IMG/VR virus record: IMGVR_UViG_638275431_000001
Location: 19,196-83,195 of that record
Length of the DNA stretch: 64,000 nt
Reading direction: 5' to 3' (one strand)
DNA from: a virus
Taxonomy: Duplodnaviria; Heunggongvirae; Uroviricota; Caudoviricetes; Straboviridae
Below are positions 38,091-46,668 of this stretch, in pieces. Numbering within the stretch: the stretch's first letter is position 1; the number at the start of each line of letters is the position of its first letter. The translations under genes were made by a program, and so were the position numbers. The notes under the pieces are model-generated. The model was not told the DNA's origin. It ran no database searches and was given only the letters and a program-made list of their open reading frames with translations.

Positions 38091-39781
38091 TCCACCTCAC
38101 CAGTTGAAGCCTTAACACCGCGCTCAGAACGCAAATAATAAAGAGATTTCAGGCGAGGGTCATCCATAAACGCCTTATGAACAGACGCAACGACTGATTC
38201 TTTTTCATCGGCAGCGAAGAACAAATTGATAGATTGCGCTTGGTCAATGTGCCGTTGACGAGCTGAAGCAAGACGTATGATTGCATGCTGGTCAATCTCA
38301 TAAGCTGTTTTGAACACCATTTTCTCATGGTCTGTCAAAATATCCAGATGTTGAACAGAACCATTATGATAGGTGGCAATATTTTCCATGAGGTCTTTGA
38401 TTTCTTTATCGGAAAGACGATCGGACAATACTTTAGCCAATACTGGGTTCGAGCGAACAAAATCGCCAGCATTTGATTGTTGGATGAAACTGTTACATAC
38501 GAGAGGCTCAACACCTTGAGATACACCGCCAGCCAATAGAGCAGAACTCATATTTGGAGCAATAGTGATCAAAGTAGCATTACGCATACCAGTTCCAACA
38601 CACCATTCTGGTTCACCGTGCTCTTCCGCTAATTCCCGAGAAGCAGCTTCTGCATAAACCTTGATTTGCGAATAAATGCTATTGTTCAGAATGTGGGCGG
38701 CGCCGGATTCGAACGCGGTATCATTCATTTGGAGATAGGTATGGAAACCCAAAGTGCCAAGACCGAGCGCACGTGCTTTTTCGGTAAATCTGATAGCTTT
38801 ATGAAGAGTGTCATACGGGAGTTTTTTCGCTTTTTCCAAGAATTCTGAGCATACCGAATCAAGGAAACGAACAGCCCATTTGATATCTTCAGCACTAATT
38901 TCATCCCAACGAGCCAGATTCAATGAGCTCAGAATACAGGTAAAAGTATGCATATCGTCAGATGGCAATGCGATTTCGGTGCACAGCTGGCTTGAACGAA
39001 TACGGATACCTGAATTTTTGATTGCTTGTGGAGCAAGATCGTTAGCAATCCAGTTCTTCCACATATAACCCTTACCAGTGCGGGCGCGCATATAAAGCAG
39101 TTCATTCCAGCGTGCCATATATTCAGGATCGCGAGCCAGAAGCTTTTCGTAATCTTCTTTCTCAAATACCCAACCAACGTGGGCAGAAGCTGGGTTTTTC
39201 AGCACATACCCCTGAAGTTCCCAGAAATCACCATGCGAGAAGTCAACGTAACCGGCCCATTCACCGCGTCGGCCAGCAGCTGCAACCTTTGTTTTGGTGT
39301 TAACGAAGTTGTCAAATACAGGAACGAGTCCGTCTGCTTTGTTGTGGCTGGTCGAGATATCGGATCCACGAGGCCGGATGTCTCCAAGATATGACGCAGT
39401 TCCGAAACCGTTTTTAGCGAGCATTGCGACTTCTGTTTGGCCTTCGTAGAAGTCAAGGACACTGTCCCCTACATAACTTCCTGCACAGGAAACAGGCATT
39501 CCACGATCTGTGCCGGTGTTACAGAAAACTGGGGTAGCCATCGCCAGCTTACCGGACCAGAGAAGGTCGAAATAGCGCTCTTCAGCTTCTGGCCGGATAT
39601 CATGCTTTGCAAGTGTTGAAGCGACTCGCCGGAATGCACCACGAACGGTTTCTCCTTTGTACTGATAATTTTTCAGGAACATTGAATAACCTTGTGTGGT
39701 GAACCAGGTAGGAATTTCGCCAATAGATTGCAGGTGTTTGCGCTCAGCTGACAGGGATTCGAATTTGGAAATTTTAGACAT
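38069..39781 (-). CDS. nrdA: Class I ribonucleotide reductase large subunit (NrdA-like, short form with no ATP cone)
   Basis: VFCNTG (Cys225 equivalent), SSQLCTEIA (N/C/E catalytic triad), LYYLRSE (YY), C-terminal ECLAC pair; 570 aa. Confidence 0.8.
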   Translation of the reverse strand: MSKISKFESLSAERKHLQSIGEIPTWFTTQGYSMFLKNYQYKGETVRGAFRRVASTLAKHDIRPEAEERYFDLLWSGKLAMATPVFCNTGTDRGMPVSCAGSYVGDSVLDFYEGQTEVAMLAKNGFGTASYLGDIRPRGSDISTSHNKADGLVPVFDNFVNTKTKVAAAGRRGEWAGYVDFSHGDFWELQGYVLKNPASAHVGWVFEKEDYEKLLARDPEYMARWNELLYMRARTGKGYMWKNWIANDLAPQAIKNSGIRIRSSQLCTEIALPSDDMHTFTCILSSLNLARWDEISAEDIKWAVRFLDSVCSEFLEKAKKLPYDTLHKAIRFTEKARALGLGTLGFHTYLQMNDTAFESGAAHILNNSIYSQIKVYAEAASRELAEEHGEPEWCVGTGMRNATLITIAPNMSSALLAGGVSQGVEPLVCNSFIQQSNAGDFVRSNPVLAKVLSDRLSDKEIKDLMENIATYHNGSVQHLDILTDHEKMVFKTAYEIDQHAIIRLASARQRHIDQAQSINLFFAADEKESVVASVHKAFMDDPRLKSLYYLRSERGVKASTGEVECLACQG

Positions 39782-39833
39782 TAAAGCACCTTGATGTGAA
39801 AAGATTGCCCTGGTTTACCAGGGCAGAATTATT

Positions 39834-40832
39834 TTACCAGCAATCAGAGAAACCTTCTCGGTTCCAATTGATGTTGTATTCCGAACCTGAGCCAGTGAAG
39901 AAATCATGGAATTTCTTGGCATTAATGGTGCGATAGAACCAATCAGCGATAGGGTTATTTTCGATTTCGAAAATGGGCTCATAACCAAGATTTTCAAGGC
40001 AAAGATTAATTCGAGATTTGACAAAAACTCGTAGCTCGTCAGCAGTTATACCATCGATCGGTTCAGCGAAAACGAGATCGATAATGCCAGACTCGTGATC
40101 AAATACCTGACGTGCCATGTTGATAATGTCATTTTTCAGTTTTGCCCGAACATCTTCGCCGTATTTTTCTTTCATTTCGCGACACAGTGTTTGAAACAAC
40201 ATCGCACCGCCGATCGAGTGATGATGCTCATCGGCAACTGAAAGGTCAACACCGCGACAAATATTTCGCATCAAATCTTTTCCGCATTCTTGGGCTTGGA
40301 AATGCTTGAGGAATGCGAAACTGGAATAAAGAACGGCACCTTCAATAAATGTGAAAGCTGCAAAAGATTTGGCGTCATCGGGGTCATTGACTGATTTACC
40401 AACAAATTGAATACGACGAGATAGTTCCTCACTTTCTTTCCAAGAAGTGTAGAAAGCCTCGTCATCCAGATAAAGAACTTCATTGACTTTGTTATAAAAG
40501 GGTGCATGAGAATTACCTTCAACGGCCGAGAATAGAGTGGCCATGCGGTTGATTTCAGGCCTTCCGAAAGTGTGGGCAATGCGGCCTGACCAATAATCTT
40601 CGCCAACCTTGCGCTCATAAATGGTAAAAAGTTTTAGAACTGTAGTGATTCCGTTCAATTCGCCGGGCGTCAGCTTAGTCCGCAAATCTTGGATATCATT
40701 ATCAACTACAGGCTCGTCCCATGGCCAAAATGCATGCATTTGTTCATCGGCAAGTTTACCAAACTCGGGGTATTTGATAATCCAACCTTCTTGTGATTGG
40801 TACATCGGTAGAGTTTTATATAGATCGTGCAT
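39834..40832 (-). CDS. nrdB: Class I ribonucleotide reductase small subunit (NrdB-like)
   Basis: Di-iron ligand helices (EGNSH..., FIEGAVLYSSFAF, SVADEHHH); C-terminus ...DFF-like tail. Confidence 0.75.
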   Translation of the reverse strand: MHDLYKTLPMYQSQEGWIIKYPEFGKLADEQMHAFWPWDEPVVDNDIQDLRTKLTPGELNGITTVLKLFTIYERKVGEDYWSGRIAHTFGRPEINRMATLFSAVEGNSHAPFYNKVNEVLYLDDEAFYTSWKESEELSRRIQFVGKSVNDPDDAKSFAAFTFIEGAVLYSSFAFLKHFQAQECGKDLMRNICRGVDLSVADEHHHSIGGAMLFQTLCREMKEKYGEDVRAKLKNDIINMARQVFDHESGIIDLVFAEPIDGITADELRVFVKSRINLCLENLGYEPIFEIENNPIADWFYRTINAKKFHDFFTGSGSEYNINWNREGFSDCW

Positions 40833-40841
40833 TAAAATTCC

Positions 40842-41090
40842 TTAAAATGTGGTGGGTTTGGCTACGGCTCGAGTGAGTGCCATAAAACCTTGTTGGAGAT
40901 GATCTTCCGCAATTTGTACCCATCGACCATCAGTGCCTGGTAAATTGCCAATATCTTCAACAAGTTCTTTAATTACTTCAGCTCGCGATTTAATCACGTT
41001 CATTGCCGCAATTTCATCTTTGTCTAAGTCGCGGTAGCCTTTAATCATTTTGTGTTGATTATCCATTAAAGAATTCCTCAGTTTTATCAA
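40842..41090 (-). CDS. Hypothetical protein (82 aa)
   Basis: ORF only. Confidence 0.35.
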   Translation of the reverse strand: MIKLRNSLMDNQHKMIKGYRDLDKDEIAAMNVIKSRAEVIKELVEDIGNLPGTDGRWVQIAEDHLQQGFMALTRAVAKPTTF

Positions 41091-41511
41091 TGCTTGAACT
41101 TATTATACTTTTGCTTCTCTTGGCACCGATATAATAAGCAGTAAATTCGTGTGGTTTTGAAAAGCCTGTTTTTGAATAAAGCGCTGTCCGAATACAGTCA
41201 ATTGACAGCTCAGTCACAAAAATTATAACGGGAGGCCTGTTTAGTAATTCGAAATGCATTTTATCACGACAAAACGATAACGTATCAAGCATCCTGGCTT
41301 TATTTTCACTACGTCCCCGTAATTGGGCTATTTTATCACGATCTGCTACTATCAGTGCTCCGCCCGGGAGTTGATCGTAAGATAATTTATGAACTTGGCA
41401 TGCCGTTGAAATTAGACTTGAAGTTTTTATGATTTTTAGTGGGTCTGAATCGGTCGACCTGTTTTGATGCGATTTCATAATTTCAGACAGCATACATTGC
41501 CTCAAAAACAA
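41059..41511 (-). CDS. Hypothetical protein (150 aa)
   Basis: ORF only. Confidence 0.35.
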   Translation of the reverse strand: MFLRQCMLSEIMKSHQNRSTDSDPLKIIKTSSLISTACQVHKLSYDQLPGGALIVADRDKIAQLRGRSENKARMLDTLSFCRDKMHFELLNRPPVIIFVTELSIDCIRTALYSKTGFSKPHEFTAYYIGAKRSKSIISSSIDKTEEFFNG

Positions 41512-41534
41512 AAATAGCCTCCAAAGAGGCTATT
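41505..41534 (-). terminator. Rho-independent terminator (atagcctccaaagaggctat plus U-run)
   Basis: Hairpin plus T-run. Confidence 0.6.
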
Positions 41535-41543
41535 TGAGAAATT

Positions 41544-41720
41544 ACTCACCATTCAGTTGAATGACATCAGCTTCCAGTTTCACAGTGTCCTTGATCGGGA
41601 AGCGAGTTCCGATCGGCATCATTGCGTCAGCGCTGTTGATTACATGGAAATATGAGCCGATTTGTTGAACAGACAGTTGGCCAAAACCGAAATTTACCAG
41701 ATGAGTTACGTTAGACATTA
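41544..41720 (-). CDS. Small protein (58 aa, MSNVTHLVNFGFGQLSVQQIGSYFHVINSADAMMPIGTRFPIKDTVKLEADVIQLNGE)
   Basis: Manual translation; below the ORF-finder cutoff; terminator directly downstream. Confidence 0.35.
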
Positions 41721-41799
41721 TGTTTTCCCGATTGGATGTTTGTTTTGTTTATGTGAACATACTAACATCCAATCTCAACAGTTAAACATAAAGCAGAAA

Positions 41800-42255
41800 T
41801 CAAGTCATAATCACGAACTCGACACCATGTGTACCTGCCCAGTCGTAGATTTCTTGACGGTGATGCCGAGATGTAAGTGTGTATTCGCTTTCATCAATCA
41901 TCAGGAATTTGACACATGGGCAGTGATTAGTGAGCTCAGACATGGTTGATATTTGGATGTCTCCACGCCAAGGACCTAATACCATATCTTTAACATGTCG
42001 TTTGTTTGCCGGGTTCATTGTGATTAACCGCACACCACCTTGGGCAACCAATTCATTAGCCAGCTGGATCAACCCGGAGGTCTTACCGGTTATTCGACCT
42101 AGGTTGAGATGAATCGTCCGGTGTTCTCGAAGAAAACTTGACTTAGGCTGGTACAGTTCCTGCGAACAACCAGCTGGGAAGTTGTCATAAGCCCTGTTGA
42201 TAGCCTCAACGAAGAAGGTTTTGTAATTAAAAAATCGTTCTTTTACAATAGACAT
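41800..42255 (-). CDS. Small P-loop-like protein (GRITGKTSG ... LMIDE), 151 aa
   Basis: Walker A/B-like motifs. Confidence 0.35.
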   Translation of the reverse strand: MSIVKERFFNYKTFFVEAINRAYDNFPAGCSQELYQPKSSFLREHRTIHLNLGRITGKTSGLIQLANELVAQGGVRLITMNPANKRHVKDMVLGPWRGDIQISTMSELTNHCPCVKFLMIDESEYTLTSRHHRQEIYDWAGTHGVEFVIMT

Positions 42256-42291
42256 ACTTGTCTCCTTAACGGCCTGCAGGCCAGTGGGTAC

Positions 42292-42316
42292 TAAAAAGGC
42301 TCCTTAGAGGAGCCCG
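42292..42316 (-). terminator. Rho-independent terminator (ggctccttagaggagcc plus U-run)
   Basis: Hairpin plus T-run. Confidence 0.55.
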
Positions 42317-42330
42317 TTGTTTAATTTCGC

Positions 42331-42618
42331 TTAATACGACGTTTCAACATATCGTAATATCGATCCCATCGCGATACGTTGCTGTTCCATGAGGAACTTC
42401 TCGTCGACATCAAGTGTTTTGAAAATATCTGATTCATTAATGAACTTCGCCAGTGCCTCCAGGCGCACACCCAATTCACTCAGCTCATCTTGCATTCGTT
42501 GCACATATGACATATCATTAACCCTAGTAAATTGACCTGAGCAATTCCTGGCGTTTGCGCCTGATCTTTTGCTCTTCAGTGAGCTGTTCTTCAGGAACTT
42601 GCTCCTTGGTAACGCCAA
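42331..42618 (-). CDS. Hypothetical protein (start uncertain; possibly MSYVQRMQDELSELG...)
   Basis: ORF; overlaps the alternative-frame ORF 42524..42730. Confidence 0.3.
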   Translation of the reverse strand: MALPRSKFLKNSSLKSKRSGANARNCSGQFTRVNDMSYVQRMQDELSELGVRLEALAKFINESDIFKTLDVDEKFLMEQQRIAMGSILRYVETSY

Positions 42619-42744
42619 TGGTTTTGCGAGGACCGATATTGTTCCATAAGCTGAGAAATTTTACCAGTTCCCGTGGCCGCCGTGTGCGGCCACCCGGGGC
42701 CCTCAGGAGCATGAGATTTTCGGGCATCATGCCATTATTTCTCG

Positions 42745-42814
42745 AAAAAGGGTAGTCCTATGGGATTGGACCGATGGCCAGCGACTTAGAAGGTTGCTGC
42801 TCTATCCTGCTGAG
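42745..42814 (-). pseudogene. tRNA-Arg(UCU)-like sequence with intact D-arm and anticodon loop but a non-canonical T-arm and acceptor 3' strand; probable pseudo-tRNA
   Basis: ggtccct-ta-GCTCagcaggataGAGC-a-gcaaccTTCTAAgtcgc..., then ggtccaatccc where GGTTCGAATCC is expected, and no strand complementary to the acceptor. Confidence 0.35.
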
Positions 42815-42831
42815 CTAAGGGACCATAGTGA

Positions 42832-42855
42832 CTAAAAAGCCGCATTCAAGCGGCT
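42832..42855 (-). terminator. Rho-independent terminator (gccgcattcaagcggc plus U-run) after the NADAR gene
   Basis: Hairpin plus T-run. Confidence 0.55.
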
Positions 42856-42875
42856 CGGAGACGTTCGCGTATCCG

Positions 42876-43298
42876 TTAGAGATTTGAACAAAATTCTTGC
42901 TCGGTCAATACAGTTTCACTCTTTTTGCTTTTTCCCCATTTGAGGGGAGTAAATGAGGAATTATGGGTAGCAAGAATCGCTCTCTGGAAACCAGCGTTCT
43001 TTGACATCTCATCGAATGCACGATTTATCAGTTCGGTATAAGCTTCATGCTGTCGATGTATCGGTTGGCCTTTCCAATAAAGGAGTTGATCTCTCCACCA
43101 ATTCTTTTTCTTTCCCTTGAATTTGGCAGTTTTTCCGACCAATGTACAAACATGCTCTTGCATTTCTGGAGATTTGAACTTCAGCGATTGCAGAAATCCT
43201 TCCATAGATGCGCATCGGATGCCATCTATGAAAAACTCGTGCGGGGCAAAGTTGCTGAGGGCACATGACGGCCATGCCGAACCAGATCCGATTTCCAT
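42876..43298 (-). CDS. NADAR-domain protein (YbiA/DUF1768 family; N-glycosidase acting on ADP-ribose conjugates)
   Basis: LSNFAPHEFFIDGIRCASMEGFLQSLKF ... AILATHNSSF match the DUF1768/NADAR signature (SNF..F...G..F.S.EH.FQA.KF). Confidence 0.6.
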   Translation of the reverse strand: MEIGSGSAWPSCALSNFAPHEFFIDGIRCASMEGFLQSLKFKSPEMQEHVCTLVGKTAKFKGKKKNWWRDQLLYWKGQPIHRQHEAYTELINRAFDEMSKNAGFQRAILATHNSSFTPLKWGKSKKSETVLTEQEFCSNL

Positions 43299-43397
43299 AA
43301 TATATCCCTCAAAAGTGGTGGGTTCTGCTGATATCGAAACAGCATCATCAGGATGACTAGCAACCTACGGTCTTCCCATTAAACGAAGAACCCAAAT

Positions 43398-43473
43398 TGG
43401 TGGCCCTCGCGGGAATCTAACCCGCCTTACCCCAGTTATGAGCTGGACACATTCACAGACTGTGCAGAGGGCC
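43398..43473 (-). tRNA. tRNA (anticodon CAU; Met or Ile2/k2C); T-loop TTAGATT is atypical
   Basis: Manual cloverleaf: acceptor ggccctc/gagggcc, anticodon loop cuCAUaa, encoded CCA. Confidence 0.55.
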
Positions 43474-43680
43474 TAGAGACGAAAAAGCCCGTAACGGTCG
43501 ATTGACAAGTCATGGGGCGTTGTTTTAATTAGGACGCTTGCTAGGGTCTCGAACCCATCACGAATATACGCACGTGTAGACTGCCAGACAACAGGTACTT
43601 AGTAAGCTACTTTAAGGTTCCGGTTCGCGACCCTTTCCCGTATTTTGCTATTTTCCCACGTCTAAGCAAGCGATTGAAGT

Positions 43681-43757
43681 TGGATGCGACGAACGGATTC
43701 GAACCGTTGATTTTCGGGATATGAGCCCGACGAGGACGACCTCTCCTCTACGTCGCA
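43681..43757 (-). tRNA. tRNA-Met(CAU)
   Basis: Acceptor tgcgacg/cgtcgca, D gagg/cctc, anticodon loop cuCAUau, T-loop TTCGAAT, CCA. Confidence 0.65.
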
Positions 43758-43779
43758 TTTGAATCTTGAAAATTTAGAG

Positions 43780-43852
43780 CGGAGCCACCGAGGATCGAAC
43801 TCGGTGCTATCCCGTGACAGGGGATTATTTTAACCGTATAAACTATGGCTCC
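43780..43852 (-). tRNA. tRNA-Asp(GUC)
   Basis: Acceptor ggagcca/tggctcc, anticodon stem atccc/gggat, loop cuGUCac, T-loop TTCGATC. Confidence 0.65.
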
Positions 43853-43929
43853 GCTCTAAACTCTGTTTTGGTATGAGTTAATCATATCACTCATTGGGAA
43901 GTTTGAAACAATGTGCTTCAGGATGCATT

Positions 43930-44017
43930 TGGCGGAGAAGGAGAGATTCGAACTCTCGAAACCTTTCGGTTTACTTCCTTAGCAGGGAAGCGATTTCAGC
44001 CGCTCATCCACTTCTCC
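43930..44017 (-). tRNA. tRNA-Ser(GCU), long variable arm
   Basis: Acceptor ggagaag/cttctcc, anticodon loop cuGCUaa, variable arm aaaccgaaaggttt, CCA. Confidence 0.65.
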
Positions 44018-44024
44018 TAAAATT

Positions 44025-44100
44025 TGGTAGTGGATATTGGGATCGAACCAATGCGCTCTCGATTATCGGTCGAGTGCTCTACCTACTGAGCTAATCCACT
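44025..44100 (-). tRNA. tRNA-Ile(GAU) (position 33 is C, atypical)
   Basis: Acceptor agtggat/atccact, D gctc/gagc, anticodon loop ccGAUaa, CCA. Confidence 0.5.
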
Positions 44101-44102
44101 AT

Positions 44103-44178
44103 TGGCATGACATCAAGGATTCGAACCCTGGCCGCACGGTTTTGGAGACCGGCATGCTACCGCTAACACCAATGTCAT
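44103..44178 (-). tRNA. tRNA-Trp(CCA)
   Basis: Acceptor atgacat/atgtcat, anticodon loop cuCCAaa, T-loop TTCGAAT, CCA. Confidence 0.6.
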
Positions 44179-44333
44179 ATTGAAACGATCTGGGCGCACC
44201 ATTTCCAGACAAAACCTCGTCGGAGGCCAAGGGCCAGCTAGATATGATACAGGCCGACGCCCTCGTCATATCCAGATGGTCTTCCCTTTTACTTAACGAA
44301 CGGGTCCGAAGAAGTCCGTTCCTTTGTATTTAT

Positions 44334-44519
44334 TTAGCGATTGAGTCTTGAGATACAAAAATATGGATAAGTACCGTCAATGGCCACCAAAGCACCGGCA
44401 AAAGCAGAGCCAATCAAATTACCCGCAATTCCGGAAGGGGAGTCTGAATATCGCTTGTAATCGCCCACGAAAGAGCAAATAAAGAAGATAACACGCATAA
44501 CTTGATAAGCAAACAACAT
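44334..44519 (-). CDS. Small membrane protein (61 aa) embedded in the tRNA cluster
   Basis: RBS GAGGAAAA; two hydrophobic segments. Confidence 0.4.
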   Translation of the reverse strand: MLFAYQVMRVIFFICSFVGDYKRYSDSPSGIAGNLIGSAFAGALVAIDGTYPYFCISRLNR

Positions 44520-44542
44520 AATATTTTCCTCATTTAAAAATT

Positions 44543-44618
44543 TGGAGCCAATTGTCAGATTCGAACTGACGACCTACGTATTACAAATACGTTGCACCTA
44601 CCGCTGTGCTAAATTGGC
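44543..44618 (-). tRNA. tRNA-Thr(UGU)
   Basis: Acceptor gccaatt/aattggc, anticodon loop uuUGUaa, T-loop TTCGAAT, CCA. Confidence 0.65.
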
Positions 44619-44878
44619 AATTAACCAATTCTTCAAACACTCTCCCTAACGCTGCAGCTCGGGACTGAGATTTTCTGTTTTTAACGTGGGGATGTCTCGG
44701 CCGCCACATAAACAAGAGTGTTTGAAGAATTGGAGTCAGGGCCTTACGGATGTGACTCAATTCTTCAGCTTGCGCGGTTCTGGATAACCGCATCACTGGG
44801 ATAGTGCCAGGAGAGGATTTTACCGCATTCGACGACTTTACGGACTTGGTTTGCAACCAAGTATCCGCTTACGTAATT

Positions 44879-44957
44879 TGGTCCGTGTGGAAGGGATTCG
44901 AACCTTCGACTTTCTGGCCCCAAACCAGACGACCTAACCTGACTAGCCTACACACGG
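44879..44957 (-). tRNA. tRNA-Pro(UGG); D-arm pairing imperfect
   Basis: Acceptor ccgtgtg/cacacgg, anticodon stem tctgg/ccaga, loop uuUGGgg, CCA. Confidence 0.5.
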
Positions 44958-45201
44958 ATTAAATTTGGCACCCCGTCTATACTTCCTCGTTTCACCGCGC
45001 AAAATGACGGGAGTGACTACTGAAGTTTTGTCCGAGGATTTTACGGGACGTCTCCCGATTTCTCTTGTTAAAGCCGGTCATCTAAGTGCCGGAGACAATA
45101 CGGTTGTCCAACTCACGGGCTCCAGTCACGGCGCAATAATGGACAGTGCATCAACCAGGGGTGCGAAACTGACTAGGAGTCTAGAGCCCTGTGACTTGTG
45201 T

Positions 45202-45277
45202 TGGAGCGAATAATCGGGATCGAACCGATGACATTCTGCTTGGAAGGCAGAAGCTCTACCAACTGAGCTATATTCGC
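45202..45277 (-). tRNA. tRNA-Gly(UCC)
   Basis: Acceptor gcgaata/tattcgc, D gctc/gagc, anticodon loop cuUCCaa, T-loop TTCGATC, CCA. Confidence 0.7.
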
Positions 45278-45301
45278 AAAATAATCTATTTACTGCAAAA
45301 C

Positions 45302-45391
45302 TGGTGGATACTGATGGATTCGAACCATCTTGTTTACCCTGAGGGAACGGATTTACAGTCCGCCGCTGGCCGCGGTCGTAGCCGAGTATCC
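45302..45391 (-). tRNA. tRNA-Tyr(GUA), long variable arm
   Basis: Acceptor ggatact/agtatcc, anticodon loop cuGUAaa, long variable arm, CCA. Confidence 0.6.
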
Positions 45392-45403
45392 ATAAAGTTG
45401 ATT

Positions 45404-45486
45404 TTGGCGGTGATGGTTGGAGTCGAACCAACGTAGAGTTTCCTCGCCGGTTAACAGCCGGCCGCATGGCCGTTATGCTACATCAC
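45404..45486 (-). tRNA. tRNA-Asn(GUU) with an unusually long (13-nt) variable region
   Basis: Acceptor ggtgatg/catcacc, D gcat/atgc, anticodon stem gccgg/ccggc, loop cuGUUaa, CCA. Confidence 0.55.
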
Positions 45487-45566
45487 CCCAAAATCAACTT
45501 GTTTTAATCGATGAGACAATAATATCTCATTTCCAGCAACTCTGAACAATATGCTTCAGAATTAAT

Positions 45567-45649
45567 GGGTGCTGGTAGGATTCGAACCTACGATACGCTT
45601 TCGTATGTCCTGCATTAGGACCGCCTTAAGCCGCTCGGCTCACAGCACC
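45567..45649 (-). tRNA. tRNA-like gene with long variable arm (Leu/Ser class architecture). The anticodon arm folds as a 5-bp stem with only a 5-nt loop (aatgc), so the identity is uncertain and it may be non-functional
   Basis: Acceptor ggtgctg/cagcacc, T-arm gtagg-TTCGAAT-cctac, variable hairpin atacg-aaag-cgtat; no encoded CCA. Confidence 0.4.
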
Positions 45650-45655
45650 TCAATT

Positions 45656-45749
45656 TGGAGGAAGATATCCGATTCGAACGGATGGACCGTATTCCTACGA
45701 TCGCCGGTTTTCAAGACCGGTGCCTTAAACCAACTCGGGCCAATCTTCC
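45656..45749 (-). tRNA. tRNA-Ser(UGA), long variable arm
   Basis: Acceptor ggaagat/atcttcc, anticodon stem ccggt/accgg, loop cuUGAaa, CCA. Confidence 0.65.
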
Positions 45750-45940
45750 AGAATTCTTTTCGAATCTAAACACTTCCTGCGTCACTAAGATGAGAGTTCT
45801 GTCCACTTAAGGCTTGCTCCAGGAAAACCATGGCTTTTCACCATTTATCCCATTCAAGACTGAATGCGTGTTTTGATTCGATAAGTTAATAATATCTTAT
45901 TTCCAAAGCGTGTAAACAATATGCTTTAGAAATTTGAATT

Positions 45941-46025
45941 TGGTGCAAGTAGTGGGACTCGAACCCACAATCCCGAAGGCGGGAGGTTTTAAGCCTCCAG
46001 TGTATACCAATTCCACCATACTTGC
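45941..46025 (-). tRNA. tRNA-Leu(UAA), long variable arm
   Basis: Acceptor gcaagta/tacttgc, anticodon stem ggagg/cctcc, loop cuUAAaa, T-loop TTCGAGT, CCA. Confidence 0.65.
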
Positions 46026-46170
46026 ATAATAACGCCAGGTGCTCGGGTCTATGCTTCCCCGTTTACCGATAGCCCAGTCCATCCGCCGTAACTTAATCGG
46101 TTCAGTATTAAGGATGTAACCGCTTCGCTTCCTTACCAGCATCGCACCGACCTTTTGTTATTTGGCATAT

Positions 46171-46428
46171 CTATTTATGGGTGCCTGGTATGTGAATTAT
46201 TGACCTAGAACCACACCCAGGGCAACCAGGTTGTCTATACGATAATCCTTTCACTTTCTGCCATGAGCAATCCCTGATTGTCCAGGGTTTTCCACAGCCC
46301 CAACAAATGTTTTCGATGTCGCGAAGACGTTCCGAATATCGATCGATATCGCGGTTTTCTTTTTTCATGACTAACCTATTCCATTTTCCTACCAACATAT
46401 GACGGGCGATAACTTCAGAACGTTTCAT
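46171..46428 (-). CDS. Hypothetical Cys-rich protein (85 aa; CWGCG...CPGCG)
   Basis: ORF; two CxxC-like pairs. Confidence 0.35.
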   Translation of the reverse strand: MKRSEVIARHMLVGKWNRLVMKKENRDIDRYSERLRDIENICWGCGKPWTIRDCSWQKVKGLSYRQPGCPGCGSRSIIHIPGTHK

Positions 46429-46434
46429 AATAAA

Positions 46435-46668
46435 TCACGTTTCAGTAACTACGATATCAGCAGTCTCATCAACTTCTTCGCCACGCTTTCGAGAATAATA
46501 CGGGTATCTGAAATCGACCCCATCGCCTTTGATGCCTTCGTCGTGCCATGCTTCCATGAGATGCTGTTCACCTGAATTGCTCATATAAGAAATGAACCAT
46601 TCTTTTAGATGAGCAGGCAATTTTACAACAACAGTTTCCATTTCAAATCTCCTGGGCTCGGCTCTCAA
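46435..46668 (-). CDS. Hypothetical protein (77 aa)
   Basis: ORF only. Confidence 0.3.
   Translation of the reverse strand: MRAEPRRFEMETVVVKLPAHLKEWFISYMSNSGEQHLMEAWHDEGIKGDGVDFRYPYYSRKRGEEVDETADIVVTET

Noticed and set aside
38069-39781. Possibility that the 570-aa NrdA is only the 3' piece of an HEG-split nrdA (as reported for some T4 relatives)
   Set aside because: There is no upstream ORF encoding an ATP cone or N-terminal fragment. The protein has a plausible start and all catalytic residues. It looks like a naturally cone-less class I alpha subunit
43474-43680. Additional tRNA in the gap between the CAU tRNA and tRNA-Met
   Set aside because: Only partial T-arm-like pieces (GGTTCGAGACC, GGTTCGCGACC) without matching acceptor or anticodon arms. 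Left as unassigned structured RNA
45897-46142. 81-aa ORF 45897..46142
   Set aside because: It overlaps tRNA-Leu(UAA) and a structured non-coding stretch; no RBS
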